Origin: Alphaproteobacteria bacterium
GTDB lineage: Bacteria; Pseudomonadota; Alphaproteobacteria; Rickettsiales; SXRF01
Assembly: GCA_025362975.1 (NCBI GenBank)
Contig: JANYES010000019.1
Location: 114,168-178,167 of the forward strand
Length of the DNA: 64,000 nucleotides
Direction: 5' to 3'
Shown: positions 19,101-26,928 of the stretch, one piece after another
How positions within the stretch are numbered: position 1 is the stretch's first letter
Layout of the letters: every line of letters starts with the position of its first letter
Made by a program: the position numbers and the translations under genes
Notes under the pieces: model-generated
What the model was told of the DNA's origin: nothing
Databases searched by the model: none
The model's input: only the letters and a program-made list of their open reading frames with translations

Positions 19101-22100
19101 CCGCGCCCGCGTGCTCAAAGCCGACGACAAAGCCGGCGGCACCATGCTCGCAGGCTGGCTGAACAAGGACGAAGAAGTCCGCGTGCTCGCCAAGGCGCAC
19201 AACGCCATGAAGCTCTTGCAGGAGCAGGGCAAGAAAAACATTCACTATAACGAGTTGGGCCTGGAAGACCGCGAACTCGCCATTATCTACAACATCCGTA
19301 AAGCCCGTTCCGACAGCAACCTCTACACCCGCACCGACCGCGGCGCTACCACCGTTAACGGCACAACCTACGGCTCGTACGATTACGTGTTCTACGAAAA
19401 CATGCCTGCCGTGGTGTTCTCCGCCAGCCAGCTCGCCAACGAAGACCTACTCTCCGAAACGCTCGCCACCTCGAACCGCAACGCCATCGTCGCGCAAAAC
19501 GATTTCCTCACCCATCTTGAAAAGAACGGCGTCGCCGATCCGAAACAGGCGAAGTTTATCAAAGAAACCGAAGCCAGCGCCAATGCCTTTGTCGATTGGG
19601 CCAAGGAAATCACCGATGCCGCCATCGAGCGCCAACGCCTTGCCTCCACGCCCGAACAGCGCGAACAGGCCGACCGCGAACGCGAGATGGTCGACCAGAT
19701 GATCGAAACCCGCCAGAATCTGGAGCGCAATTACCAGACCTTTGTGCTTGCCTACGGCAGGAACGAATTCGACGGCCGTAAATTCAATCCGCTGCAAATG
19801 CTCTACGCCGACAAGGTGCAGGAAGGTTCGCTCGAAATGTACGACCCCGCCACGATGCAGAAACGCTTCATCGATACGCTGAGCAAGCTTAACCCGGAAA
19901 CCGCCCGCAAGATCGTTGCCGCCAACGCCAAGCTAAACGCAGCTGGCGGCCATCTCGACGTCCAGACCGACACAATGGCGCTGCCCACCAATGACAACAT
20001 CCCGCAGCTTGCCCAGAAATCGGCCTATAAAACGCGCACCGAATTCCGCCATAAATCCCTTGTCATTACCGGTCTGGCTTCGCTTGGCGATGGCAAAAGC
20101 ACCATGCCGGCCAGCATTATCCTCGGCCAGGCGGGTGAATACATCACCGGCAATCTGGGCATCTTCGCCAGCAAAGACCGCGACGATCTCACCCGCCTCG
20201 TACAGGCTAAATACGACGTCACCCGCGCCGAAGCCGAAGACATGGTCGATAAAGTCTCGCAGATGTTCACCAAGGACGCACGCACCGCGCAGGATCTCAC
20301 GTGGAACGTTATCGACCCCGCCAAGCTCGAAAACGCCTACGAGATGGCAAGGAACCATAACACGCTGATGACCGCCGTCATCAACAAATTCGCCGATGAA
20401 AACAAACCCGCCCGCCTCACTATCGAAACCACGTTCAAGGCCATCGCGGGCCATCCGCTCGAGCAGCAATTCCTGCAATTCCTGGAAAAAACCAAGATGC
20501 CGAAAGACCTCAACTCGTTCTACAACTTCACCGGAACGCCGGAGTTCATAGCCTACGAGAAAAAGTACAACGAAGAGCAGGCCGCTGGCGCCAAAGCCAA
20601 GCTCGAAGAGTTCATGAAGACCGATCCGGTCGTCGCTGGTTACGAGAAATTCCGCATCGCCAAAGGCTATCAAGGCAACACGATGGACATGTACATCGAA
20701 TACGCCAACACGCCGGGCTTCGAAGCCATTATCGAACAGCGCACCACCGAACTGGCCGACACCTACAAGCGCTTGAGCGACAACTACCGTAAAGTCGCGG
20801 GCGAGTATTTCGATTCGCCTGAAATGAAGGCGCTCAAAGTCAATGATCCGAAGCGCTATGAAGATGCTATCAGCGATTACCACCGCTTCCCCCGAACCCC
20901 CGCCCCCAAACAGGAATGGGGCAACGCGGGCATCTATCTAGAACGCGTGAAAGAGTTCAAGAAAAACGATGCCGCCATCGGCAAGCTCCCGGCCGAACTC
21001 AAGACCAAGCTCACCGCACTTGCCGCCCTTCCGTCCGACGTAAAGCTGCTGCAGGCGAAAGCCTTCCTTGGCCTCACCGCAGGCACCGAATCGCAAGATC
21101 CGCGCCTCGTCAAAGGCATTGATATGGCTGTCAACCACAATGGCAAGCTGATCAACGGCGCTACAATCCAATATGCGCCTAATAGTACTGCCTACAAGTT
21201 CTACGATTCCTCAAATCTCGTGCCGGTCCTCGGCGATGACAGGCTGATCGCTTCGCTCACCGGCATCGACACGCTGGTGATGAAACAGGGACAGGCCGTC
21301 GGCGGCAGCTATGCCAACGGCGACCAGCTCGACGAATTCGCTAAGCTCGGCTTCACGCAGCGCCGCATGCGCATCCTCGAAAGCGTGTCCGCACAGCTTA
21401 CAAAGGAATTCGCCAACGGCAAAATCCCGCACGTCAAAGAAGACGTGGGCAAACGCTTAGAGCGCGTCAACGCCCTCATCACCCAGTGGAAAGCCCCCGG
21501 CAAACAGCTGCTCACCGCCGAAACAAAAGTGATGGATGGCAACACCACCTACATGAACAGCAGCACCGGCTACGCACAGCGCAACACCGACGTTAACAAC
21601 CCGCTCGCCGCGACGTTCATCACGGTCGATCAAATGGCCAATAAACTGCTGAGCAACACCAAAGACGGCACCGCTCGCTACGGCTTCGCCGAAGTCGAAA
21701 CCTTCGATTACGGCACGATGGTCACCCAGACCAGCAATGCCAAAATCCCGTCGGATGTCATGCTGGCCGCGCTGAAACTCGCCGACCAGAAAATCCAGAA
21801 ACAGATAAAGGAAACGATTACCCGCCGCACCAAGGGTGTCGACGCCGCCACCGACGCGGCGATCTCCGGCCTCGACGTGACCAAAATTCGCGCCTCGCTG
21901 AAAGCCAAGGAAGAAAAGATCGACGCCGATATCGTCAAAGTGAAAGACCAGATCGCTAAATTCAAAGACGAAGCCAAGGAACTCGTCCTCAAGAAAAAAG
22001 CCCTCGAGATGAAGCTTTCCGATCCTGACGAGAAAGTCAAAGCGCAGGCCGCCAAAGACATCGAGGCCCTCGACGAACGTGCTGAAAATGTTGATACCCA

Positions 22101-22962
22101 GCGCTCTCTGGCCGAAGACAAGCTCACGCGCGGCTGGCGCGACGACAAGGACGGTAAAGGCGACCCTGAAGACGTCGCAAGCCTTGAATCTCAGAAGGCC
22201 GATATCCTCGTGCAGTACGACGCCGGGAACCTCACCCGCCAGCGCCTTGAACTCATCAACGACAAGGCCTTTGCTGAAGACTCACTGCTCTACGAAATGC
22301 ACAGAGTCCGCGAATTCCGACAGCAGACGCTGGAACGCTACGGCGTGAACCTCGCCGAAGGCGACCAGTTGCTTACCGAAGCCGAAGTCGCTGCCATGAA
22401 CACCGCCGCCGCCAGCGCCGTCATCCATATGAGCACCTACATCGACGACCTCAAGAAATACGGCATCGTCGAACGCAAAACCGGCATGACCGACGAGCAA
22501 TACGACGATGCGGTCTATGAGGAGGCCAAGTACAGGTTCGGCAACCGCATAGAAAGTGTCTCCAAAGCGATCAACGATCTGGAGCTTGACGGCCGCGAAT
22601 ACGATTTGACCGCCGACCAGAAACGCGCCATCGGCAATCTGATCAAATTCTCCGATCGCTACAGCGACGATATGAAACACCCGGAAACCAAGCTGGCGCT
22701 GCGAAATTCGGTCGCCAAGGTCTTCGGCACCCAGGACTTCGTGGCCTCCGCCAACACGCCCGCACCGGCCGTGGGCCTGACCGCGCAGACCACTCAGGTG
22801 GGTGCGGCCACCATGGGTAACGAATCACTGGATATCGGCCGCTCGCTGCTGTCGTTGCTCAGTGGCACCACCAAGCCAGGCGAACAGCCCGTTTCCGGCA
22901 CATTCCGGCCCGACCTGCCGTCAGGTGCCGTCAAGAAGCCGGAAAAGGGCCAGCTGACCTAG
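13132..22962 (+). CDS. Giant hypothetical protein (3276 aa), candidate secreted effector/toxin or surface protein
   Basis: Uninterrupted 9.8-kb ORF with AGGA RBS; N-terminal Gly zipper, three ~230-aa repeats, Gly/Ala-rich hydrophobic region, C-terminal coiled coil. Confidence 0.85.
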   Translation: MSSTTTPTPSPATPLATPPDDEKKSRSRWMMIIGAVLGGGLGIFTGGIGGAIIGLLTGLMGGFAAQEISNQYGKPAAGSNPTAPTGLPAPGVPGDGKDGPAGPDQSTLLKDAQKVFAEGQVVDPNNPYDPSNPASRLKVNDPTVPTLAITGLAMALQRGLVQPRVNGLLEFTRINPITRWVTGKLGTPRELGLRNGLMPGLWATPEGIKENAIKALEDIKAREANPKLSAAEKLATKAEAKAMKRATGSSAVKGLMNGTRDIDPMRARLGAYYRENPTLLRQFWNETTGLTGAPVEDIKVTAPTEPGGAPGVVVDSGGDVIRITPEGRSEFVDPKSAPKGVRVSYSAAGESATYILDPELELGKFTEKFPELKASVRAALIEEATVAIKAHAEKMPTGLDRHVAQARAVAEATVAIDKVLSRPAGAPQDVSVRSLRTSVSEIIKTNTGITPAPEPVPAAVKPTAPGATPTEPAAKVPEPVKPATAPEPAATKPVEPAKIAGPELKTATKTGFDSASGKEVTRTIYTIDLKEKGKALIAVEKADPAYGENIYRSTTKGPGGEYQHYSVKDGAVKPITPSKAAFNVIDLSGLEEGFAGRVEHQLSPVNEPARSVSPVPAEEGLGANIFRDENGRYFRAEKLPGAADYTVTETTATLEVRQLEALRNAGLKNANTITDVMKTLTDPTQDPAVRAMRGKLSPEQLKVIAQEYDAALTRGEKPASTYLTEKVTQAGNIPGVQPETTPEPAAAAKPGKPVNPLKPTAAGAVAKLLVTEGSMVDADGKTVTNRTFSMMEKGKPVSLELAPAEEGIGNNVYRTKTTGAAEPTYYRSTDGELTPIKKPATSTFSSTDIVGGGVDTRISIEGRSSIEVFKVKGAAVGLGEEVYSSQDGSHIYRVLEGKKADGTPLGGKTVSEITTTPEGVRASEILRMPHGKTVMEHLTETLAAKDIKPLAEKLSPAQVKEIAEMYSKALEVESTGGKTAGNDFLAKKITGVASREPVKAPETVPESVKPAATDPLKPTAATAARPSPVKISPTLVTKSTTSFDTATGKEVSTTSHFVDPKDGTAPIAVEKVPASENLGQNTYRTKAAPGRPQQYFSGESELKPISRPMPSDFTSADTSALGGTKEFTLRPVNEAEIPVVKVPPEAGLGEGMFKNAEGTRFFRVNEGAPKGQQVTEVTKAPELSHLEPIRTLQLANPTEVMAHISETFNATTHADVLALRGKLSPEQIQRLAVEYDKVLEAGKATGTKPPHDFLTTRVRAIAAEPATVVTPAAATGAAIKPNTWGTKGAVNQRGGGWGMHIFATGMGAKSLNEQMSEYRKLDPKDPAYEAKAASLRHDMYISGGMTGMGGSGMAIELASARQMANVQRAVTAGTMDASALSRVTPLTRASGGLGVAGGGLTIIQGYDHLKHAKDEDTEIGKNAATATGWTEIAAGSYFTGAGVATVAGFGSAGWVAAAGPIGVVLIGVSIYSDLVVGALKDCERASTEFSTFGRITMSARAQPAVNEKGYNEFITQLKPDPANPSKEPGMPKLSMYKNLTTASHAINELARSAGPSLSDPSVNKMDFFLDESASPEQIRKSIDWARKELKAVQEKVIADNGFNRDEVLDAKKRADKMIDVQKPDGWWWLPVYSAYAAGKMNDPADIKARRDLGNGLLAIDSSEMALASLVGAEKEVFGEEDVGSGSSKGRAFRVRQQTGIDTFQDVTRDIGSLEKENRQPIRMVSYASNYETIKNYNLQRAQAAKKVADTVKQDDLPTMSTDVKILTPWTQPGGERIEKDGKVTFAHGYESIGNVELKYTPEMMARITAHNEKAVTLRKRFDDLEQKILARIEVFERDAIVRKTEAEHTPQGMTAVPDHVKNGDFYKNKLAKRLADYKGVQNSGPQRAAAVRYILEDTFANAPKMRAIINDTALTKELDHYRIAVAGDAKDPSAKSFKQETVELEKAMLDEQVRINREQFEAMFDRAATKNAKSWEGLLTGKTDGKPDPTRARVLKADDKAGGTMLAGWLNKDEEVRVLAKAHNAMKLLQEQGKKNIHYNELGLEDRELAIIYNIRKARSDSNLYTRTDRGATTVNGTTYGSYDYVFYENMPAVVFSASQLANEDLLSETLATSNRNAIVAQNDFLTHLEKNGVADPKQAKFIKETEASANAFVDWAKEITDAAIERQRLASTPEQREQADREREMVDQMIETRQNLERNYQTFVLAYGRNEFDGRKFNPLQMLYADKVQEGSLEMYDPATMQKRFIDTLSKLNPETARKIVAANAKLNAAGGHLDVQTDTMALPTNDNIPQLAQKSAYKTRTEFRHKSLVITGLASLGDGKSTMPASIILGQAGEYITGNLGIFASKDRDDLTRLVQAKYDVTRAEAEDMVDKVSQMFTKDARTAQDLTWNVIDPAKLENAYEMARNHNTLMTAVINKFADENKPARLTIETTFKAIAGHPLEQQFLQFLEKTKMPKDLNSFYNFTGTPEFIAYEKKYNEEQAAGAKAKLEEFMKTDPVVAGYEKFRIAKGYQGNTMDMYIEYANTPGFEAIIEQRTTELADTYKRLSDNYRKVAGEYFDSPEMKALKVNDPKRYEDAISDYHRFPRTPAPKQEWGNAGIYLERVKEFKKNDAAIGKLPAELKTKLTALAALPSDVKLLQAKAFLGLTAGTESQDPRLVKGIDMAVNHNGKLINGATIQYAPNSTAYKFYDSSNLVPVLGDDRLIASLTGIDTLVMKQGQAVGGSYANGDQLDEFAKLGFTQRRMRILESVSAQLTKEFANGKIPHVKEDVGKRLERVNALITQWKAPGKQLLTAETKVMDGNTTYMNSSTGYAQRNTDVNNPLAATFITVDQMANKLLSNTKDGTARYGFAEVETFDYGTMVTQTSNAKIPSDVMLAALKLADQKIQKQIKETITRRTKGVDAATDAAISGLDVTKIRASLKAKEEKIDADIVKVKDQIAKFKDEAKELVLKKKALEMKLSDPDEKVKAQAAKDIEALDERAENVDTQRSLAEDKLTRGWRDDKDGKGDPEDVASLESQKADILVQYDAGNLTRQRLELINDKAFAEDSLLYEMHRVREFRQQTLERYGVNLAEGDQLLTEAEVAAMNTAAASAVIHMSTYIDDLKKYGIVERKTGMTDEQYDDAVYEEAKYRFGNRIESVSKAINDLELDGREYDLTADQKRAIGNLIKFSDRYSDDMKHPETKLALRNSVAKVFGTQDFVASANTPAPAVGLTAQTTQVGAATMGNESLDIGRSLLSLLSGTTKPGEQPVSGTFRPDLPSGAVKKPEKGQLT
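14640..16925 (+). repeat. Three diverged ~230-aa intragenic repeats separated by Pro/Ala/Thr linkers
   Basis: Recurring D..(S/T)GK.V, P.EEG(L/I)G.N.(Y/F)R (twice per unit) and KLSP(E/A)Q...(I/L)A..Y...L motifs in the translation. Confidence 0.8.
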
Positions 22963-23037
22963 CAATCCTTTTTTAACCTATCCCTGATACCTTGAGCGTC
23001 ATAACAACGCTTTAAGCGTGTTCCGGGGCCAAAAAAA

Positions 23038-23760
23038 GTGAATATAAAAGACGTCAATTTTAAAGAAGTCAGCTGGTGGGTGTTGCTTGCCACAGCGGTT
23101 TTAGTGGTCCCCTGCATCGCCTACCTCATCACCACCCTCGCCCACGTCACCGGCGGCAGCGAAGTGCTGATTTTCGTTATCTCTTGCTGGGCCTGCGTTT
23201 TCTTCGGCTTAAGGCTGATGAAAGCCCCGCGCATCAACTCCATCATGTTTGAAAACATCATCATCACCGAGCCGACCAAGCTGCGCTTCATCAGCATGAT
23301 CGCGATGGTCGAAAGCGAAATCACCAAGTGGAAAAAGCGCTACGACAAATCGGAAGCCATTTTCATGAGCCTCTCAAAACAACCCGCATGGAGCTATATC
23401 GACGAAGTCGTCGTCATCCTGACCTGCATCAAGCACAGCGTCACTAAGGACGCCTCCATCAGCTTCACCGACATCAAAGCCCTCACCGAATGGGTTGAAA
23501 GCGCCAAATCCAGCGTCATCGAACAATACCTGCACTCCCTCGAAGCCAGCTACGGCTATGCCAAGGCCGAATACGCCCAGCAGGGCAAATCCATCGATGA
23601 AACCTATCCGGAACTCAGCAACGGAAACAGCATCAACAGCTTCATCAAAGCTCCGCTCTTCGCCACCACCTACGCGCGCGAAATGATGAAAACGCTCGAA
23701 AAAGAATACCCCCTAATCGGCCGTTTCTCAGCCGTCAAACCGATTTCCAAAGCTGCCTGA
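23038..23760 (+). CDS. Hypothetical protein with two N-terminal TM helices
   Basis: 240-aa ORF, host-like codon usage. Confidence 0.7.
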   Translation: MNIKDVNFKEVSWWVLLATAVLVVPCIAYLITTLAHVTGGSEVLIFVISCWACVFFGLRLMKAPRINSIMFENIIITEPTKLRFISMIAMVESEITKWKKRYDKSEAIFMSLSKQPAWSYIDEVVVILTCIKHSVTKDASISFTDIKALTEWVESAKSSVIEQYLHSLEASYGYAKAEYAQQGKSIDETYPELSNGNSINSFIKAPLFATTYAREMMKTLEKEYPLIGRFSAVKPISKAA

Positions 23761-23800
23761 TTCTTTGCACTAAGCTGATTTTAATTAGGTGATTATCCCC

Positions 23801-23829
23801 TTGACGTATGTAATAAATTATCATATACT
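23801..23829 (+). promoter_or_regulatory. Sigma70-type promoter of the transposase overlapping the left TIR
   Basis: TTGACG-N17-TATACT. Confidence 0.6.
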
Positions 23830-23852
23830 ATTCTCATATTTAGGGAGTGGTT

Positions 23853-24713
23853 ATGGCTAAAATGTTTTCGGTACAAGATTTCTTCAAGCGGTTTCGTGAT
23901 GATGACAAGTGCCTCGATCACCTAATGCAGGTTCGTTTTGGTACGGAGCTTGATTGCCCGAAATGCAGCAAGCACGGCAAGTTCACCCGCATCAAGAAAA
24001 TTCCCGCCTATCAATGCGCATGGTGTGGCCATCACATTCACCCGATGGTTGGCACTCCCTTCGAGAACTCCCGCACCCCCCTGCAAAAGTGGTTCTACGC
24101 CATGTACCTGTTCACCGCCTCGCGCCACGGCGTTCCCGCCAAAGAACTGCAACGCCAGTTGAGCGTAACTTACAAGTGCGCTTGGCGCATGGGTCACGAA
24201 ATACGCAAGTATCTCGGACAAGTTGATGGTGACGAAAACCTTTCCGGTCACGTTGAAATTGACGAAACCTATATCGGTGGCCGCACCACTGGCGGCAAGC
24301 GTGGCCGTGGCGCTCCTAACAAGACGGTTGTTTTTGGGATGCTGGAGCGTAACGGCGATGTCATGACAAGGGTTGTCCCGAACGTCCGCCGCAACACTCT
24401 GCTTCCTATTGTGACGGAGAAGGTTACTCAGGGCAGCACTATAAGCACCGATGAATTGCCGACATACAGCAGCCTTGCCAAGTTGGGCTACGATCACGGT
24501 ACGGTCAATCACGGACATGGCGAGTACGTCCGCGCTTCCCGCCACGTCAACAGCATGGAAGGCTTCTGGGCTAGGTTGAAGCTGTCTATTCGTGGCACGC
24601 ACGTTCATGTCCCCGCCAAGCACATGAGCAAGTATCTGGCTGAATTCGAGTACAGGTACAACATGCGGAATAACCCAGAGTTCATGTTTTCCCGCCTTCT
24701 GTTGAGCTTTTAG
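23853..24713 (+). CDS. IS1595 family (ISXO2-like) DDE transposase
   Basis: CPKC...CAWC zinc ribbon, VEIDETYIGG, ISTDE, HVNSMEGFW, YLAEFEYRYN. Confidence 0.95.
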   Translation: MAKMFSVQDFFKRFRDDDKCLDHLMQVRFGTELDCPKCSKHGKFTRIKKIPAYQCAWCGHHIHPMVGTPFENSRTPLQKWFYAMYLFTASRHGVPAKELQRQLSVTYKCAWRMGHEIRKYLGQVDGDENLSGHVEIDETYIGGRTTGGKRGRGAPNKTVVFGMLERNGDVMTRVVPNVRRNTLLPIVTEKVTQGSTISTDELPTYSSLAKLGYDHGTVNHGHGEYVRASRHVNSMEGFWARLKLSIRGTHVHVPAKHMSKYLAEFEYRYNMRNNPEFMFSRLLLSF

Positions 24714-24849
24714 GCTTACCCTTCGCCATCGCATCTAGCAGTTCGTCAAACGCGGCCTCATCCGCCGTTGATGGGTGCTCTTTGCAGAAGCGATCTAGCT
24801 GCTTTAGTTTTCGAGCTTCTTCTAGACTGAGATATTTCCCTCGTGACAC
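24682..24849 (-). CDS. Small (55 aa) IS-associated hypothetical protein, absent from the ORF track
   Basis: GGAG RBS then GTG; MSRGKYLSLEEARKLKQLDRFCKEHPSTADEAAFDELLDAMAKGKPKSSTEGGKT; overlaps the transposase 3' end. Confidence 0.6.
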   Translation of the reverse strand: MSRGKYLSLEEARKLKQLDRFCKEHPSTADEAAFDELLDAMAKGKPKSSTEGGKT

Positions 24850-24860
24850 TAAATAACTCC

Positions 24861-25727
24861 TTATCCGATTTCCTCAAAACGCAACTGCCCTTGGCCTATC
24901 CAAGCAAGGCATTTTACTTCATGGGGCTGGCTTTCGGTAGATGTAGCACGTAAAATGAGCATCTGGGAAGTCAAGGGAAGGCGAATTATCCCGCCATCAT
25001 ACACTGGCGCTAGAGGCGCACAAATCCTGATGTCAGTGTCTGAGTCATGTCCTGCGATTCCCTCCCCATACGACACTACATCGATATACCGCTTTTCACC
25101 CGATTGTAGGGTAAAGGTATCCTCCAGCAGGGCGCTTAACTGCTTGTCATAGAGGAAATATGTCACGTGCAATTTGCAATTCGATACAAAACCATCGCCG
25201 GTATTTTCGACAGCTACCCTGTGTGTGCGTGTGATTCGATATGGAGTAGCCTCGGTGTTTTGAAACTCGCCATCTGTCCCGGTCTTTATTTGTAAAGCGT
25301 GAACAATTGTGTTGGCAGGCGCAAGACTTGATGACAGCAATCCTAAAGCTTTTCTTTGCTTATGTTCAATAGCCTCTGTCATTGCCTTAAGTATAGGGTC
25401 GTTTTGACGCTCCCGAGATTCATGTTGACGCCGCGATTCGTCTGCAAGCGCGTGAATCGCTTTCGCAGTTGCAAGAAGTTCCGCATTTTCCATGCGATGG
25501 CGTATCAGGCGCAAAATTTCTGGCAATAACACGGTTGATAAGACTATCGCCGTAAAAAGCGAGAACAGCATCGGGTAATCCGCGTGGTTAAATATGAATG
25601 TGTCCACGGTGTTCATGCCGTTTTTTGCTGCAGGCCAATTGTCTGGCAGTATAGACTTGCCGCAAAATGATAGGAACAGGCCAAGGCCGCTGAAAAAATA
25701 ATAAATGTATTGAATGGCTTTCCACAT
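24861..25727 (-). CDS. IS passenger protein: two N-terminal TMs, helical linker, beta-rich C-terminal domain
   Basis: 288-aa ORF, lower GC than the host genes, lies between the TIRs. Confidence 0.75.
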   Translation of the reverse strand: MWKAIQYIYYFFSGLGLFLSFCGKSILPDNWPAAKNGMNTVDTFIFNHADYPMLFSLFTAIVLSTVLLPEILRLIRHRMENAELLATAKAIHALADESRRQHESRERQNDPILKAMTEAIEHKQRKALGLLSSSLAPANTIVHALQIKTGTDGEFQNTEATPYRITRTHRVAVENTGDGFVSNCKLHVTYFLYDKQLSALLEDTFTLQSGEKRYIDVVSYGEGIAGHDSDTDIRICAPLAPVYDGGIIRLPLTSQMLILRATSTESQPHEVKCLAWIGQGQLRFEEIG

Positions 25728-25790
25728 ATTGCTGAAGATGCCCCAGATTGCCTGCGTCTGTCAATACATACGTCTAGGGGATAAACGCCT

Positions 25791-26645
25791 TTAATTAAAC
25801 CTGAACCGTAGCGAACAGCTAGTGTCGCTGCCGCCTGTCGCCGGGATGCGGTTATACGTCGCCGCTATATCCGTGGCGTTGGCGCCATTTGACAGGCACT
25901 TACTGGCCGTCGAGCTCGACGCCCAGCTCGCCGGCATATTCACCGGGCTCGTCTGGCGCGCCAGCACGCTGCCGCCGTTGGGCGTGCCGTCATCTATCTT
26001 CACGTCGATATTATAGGCCTGCACAGGCGTAATGCCGATCTGGCCGCTGGTGTAGACGCCAGCGTTGCTGATCTGCGTCACTGGATAAAGCTGGAAGTAA
26101 TTGAAGCCGCTGTCGGCATACACGATGAAATATTGCTGCGGCCTGATTTTAGAAGGCGGCAGCGAGGTCGAAATCGAATTACTGGTCGTCGTTAAAAGTC
26201 CGGTCAGGGCGGTAATCGCGCCGTTGCCGTTGGTGCCGAGCGCGCCGTCGACCAGGTTCGCGTCCGACAGATGCCGCCAGAACACCAGCGTTTCGCCCGA
26301 CGGCGCCGTCGAGGCCGATGCCCCCCCTTCAATCAGCCCGTTGCCGTCCCCCTCGCCGGAGCTACCGGCGGTGAGCGTAAACAAACCGAACGCGGAAGCG
26401 TAGGCCTGCAGGATATCGCCGGGAATAGCGTTAAATTTGGTTCGGAAAGTGTTGACGGCGGAATTGTATTTTTCCACCTGCTGCATGGTGCCGCGCAATT
26501 CGGCCGCTTTAATCATATCCGTACCGACGAAAATACCGCCCACGATGAGCCCGATCACGACAAGCACGATCGATAACTCTATAAGCGTAAAACCTGCGGT
26601 GGCTAAACCTGCGGTGATTTTGTTAGCGTGGGCTTTTTTTGTCAT
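25791..26645 (-). CDS. Prepilin-type N-terminal cleavage/methylation domain protein
   Basis: G|FTLIELSIVLVVIGLIVGG class III signal; ID.KIDDG.P..G motif; C-terminal Cys pair. Confidence 0.9.
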   Translation of the reverse strand: MTKKAHANKITAGLATAGFTLIELSIVLVVIGLIVGGIFVGTDMIKAAELRGTMQQVEKYNSAVNTFRTKFNAIPGDILQAYASAFGLFTLTAGSSGEGDGNGLIEGGASASTAPSGETLVFWRHLSDANLVDGALGTNGNGAITALTGLLTTTSNSISTSLPPSKIRPQQYFIVYADSGFNYFQLYPVTQISNAGVYTSGQIGITPVQAYNIDVKIDDGTPNGGSVLARQTSPVNMPASWASSSTASKCLSNGANATDIAATYNRIPATGGSDTSCSLRFRFN

Positions 26646-26928
26646 GGCCACCCTTAAGTTTAGTATACTCCTTTTAGCATGTTATTGATATATATTTGAG
26701 ATTAATGCTGGCAATCGTTAATTTTCTTATTTTGCGACAACCAGTTAGACAGACATCCATGTGGTTGAACCTATCCATCAAACCTTAAAAAACCCTGAGC
26801 AATGCTCGATTTACTACGCTTTTTTGAGTGGTTGTGCCGTAAATAACACGACAATCTTTTTAATCGGGTAACTTTTATTTGATAATTTAAGCCCCATATA
26901 CAAGGGATGACTCACACCAAAAACCGAT

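Larger units (their letters stand above)
23788..25789 (+). mobile_element. IS1595-family element with passenger genes (transporter IS), 2002 bp
   Basis: TIRs GGTGATTATCCCCTTGACGTATGTA (23788-23812) and reverse complement of 25765-25789 match at 22/25; 8-bp direct repeat TTTAATTA at 23780-23787 and 25790-25797. Confidence 0.93.

Noticed and set aside
2480-22828. Many long antisense or alternate-frame ORFs inside the large genes (e.g. 3842-4828, 4740-5858, 18085-19245, 19933-20883)
   Set aside because: Expected shadows of GC-rich codon bias; they have no RBS or recognisable motifs.
13132-22962. Calling the giant protein an RTX, autotransporter, Rhs or tape-measure protein
   Set aside because: No GGxGxD repeats, C-terminal beta-barrel, YD repeats or phage context are visible.
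23922-24734. 270-aa ORF antisense to the transposase
   Set aside because: It fully overlaps a clear transposase and has no protein-like motifs.
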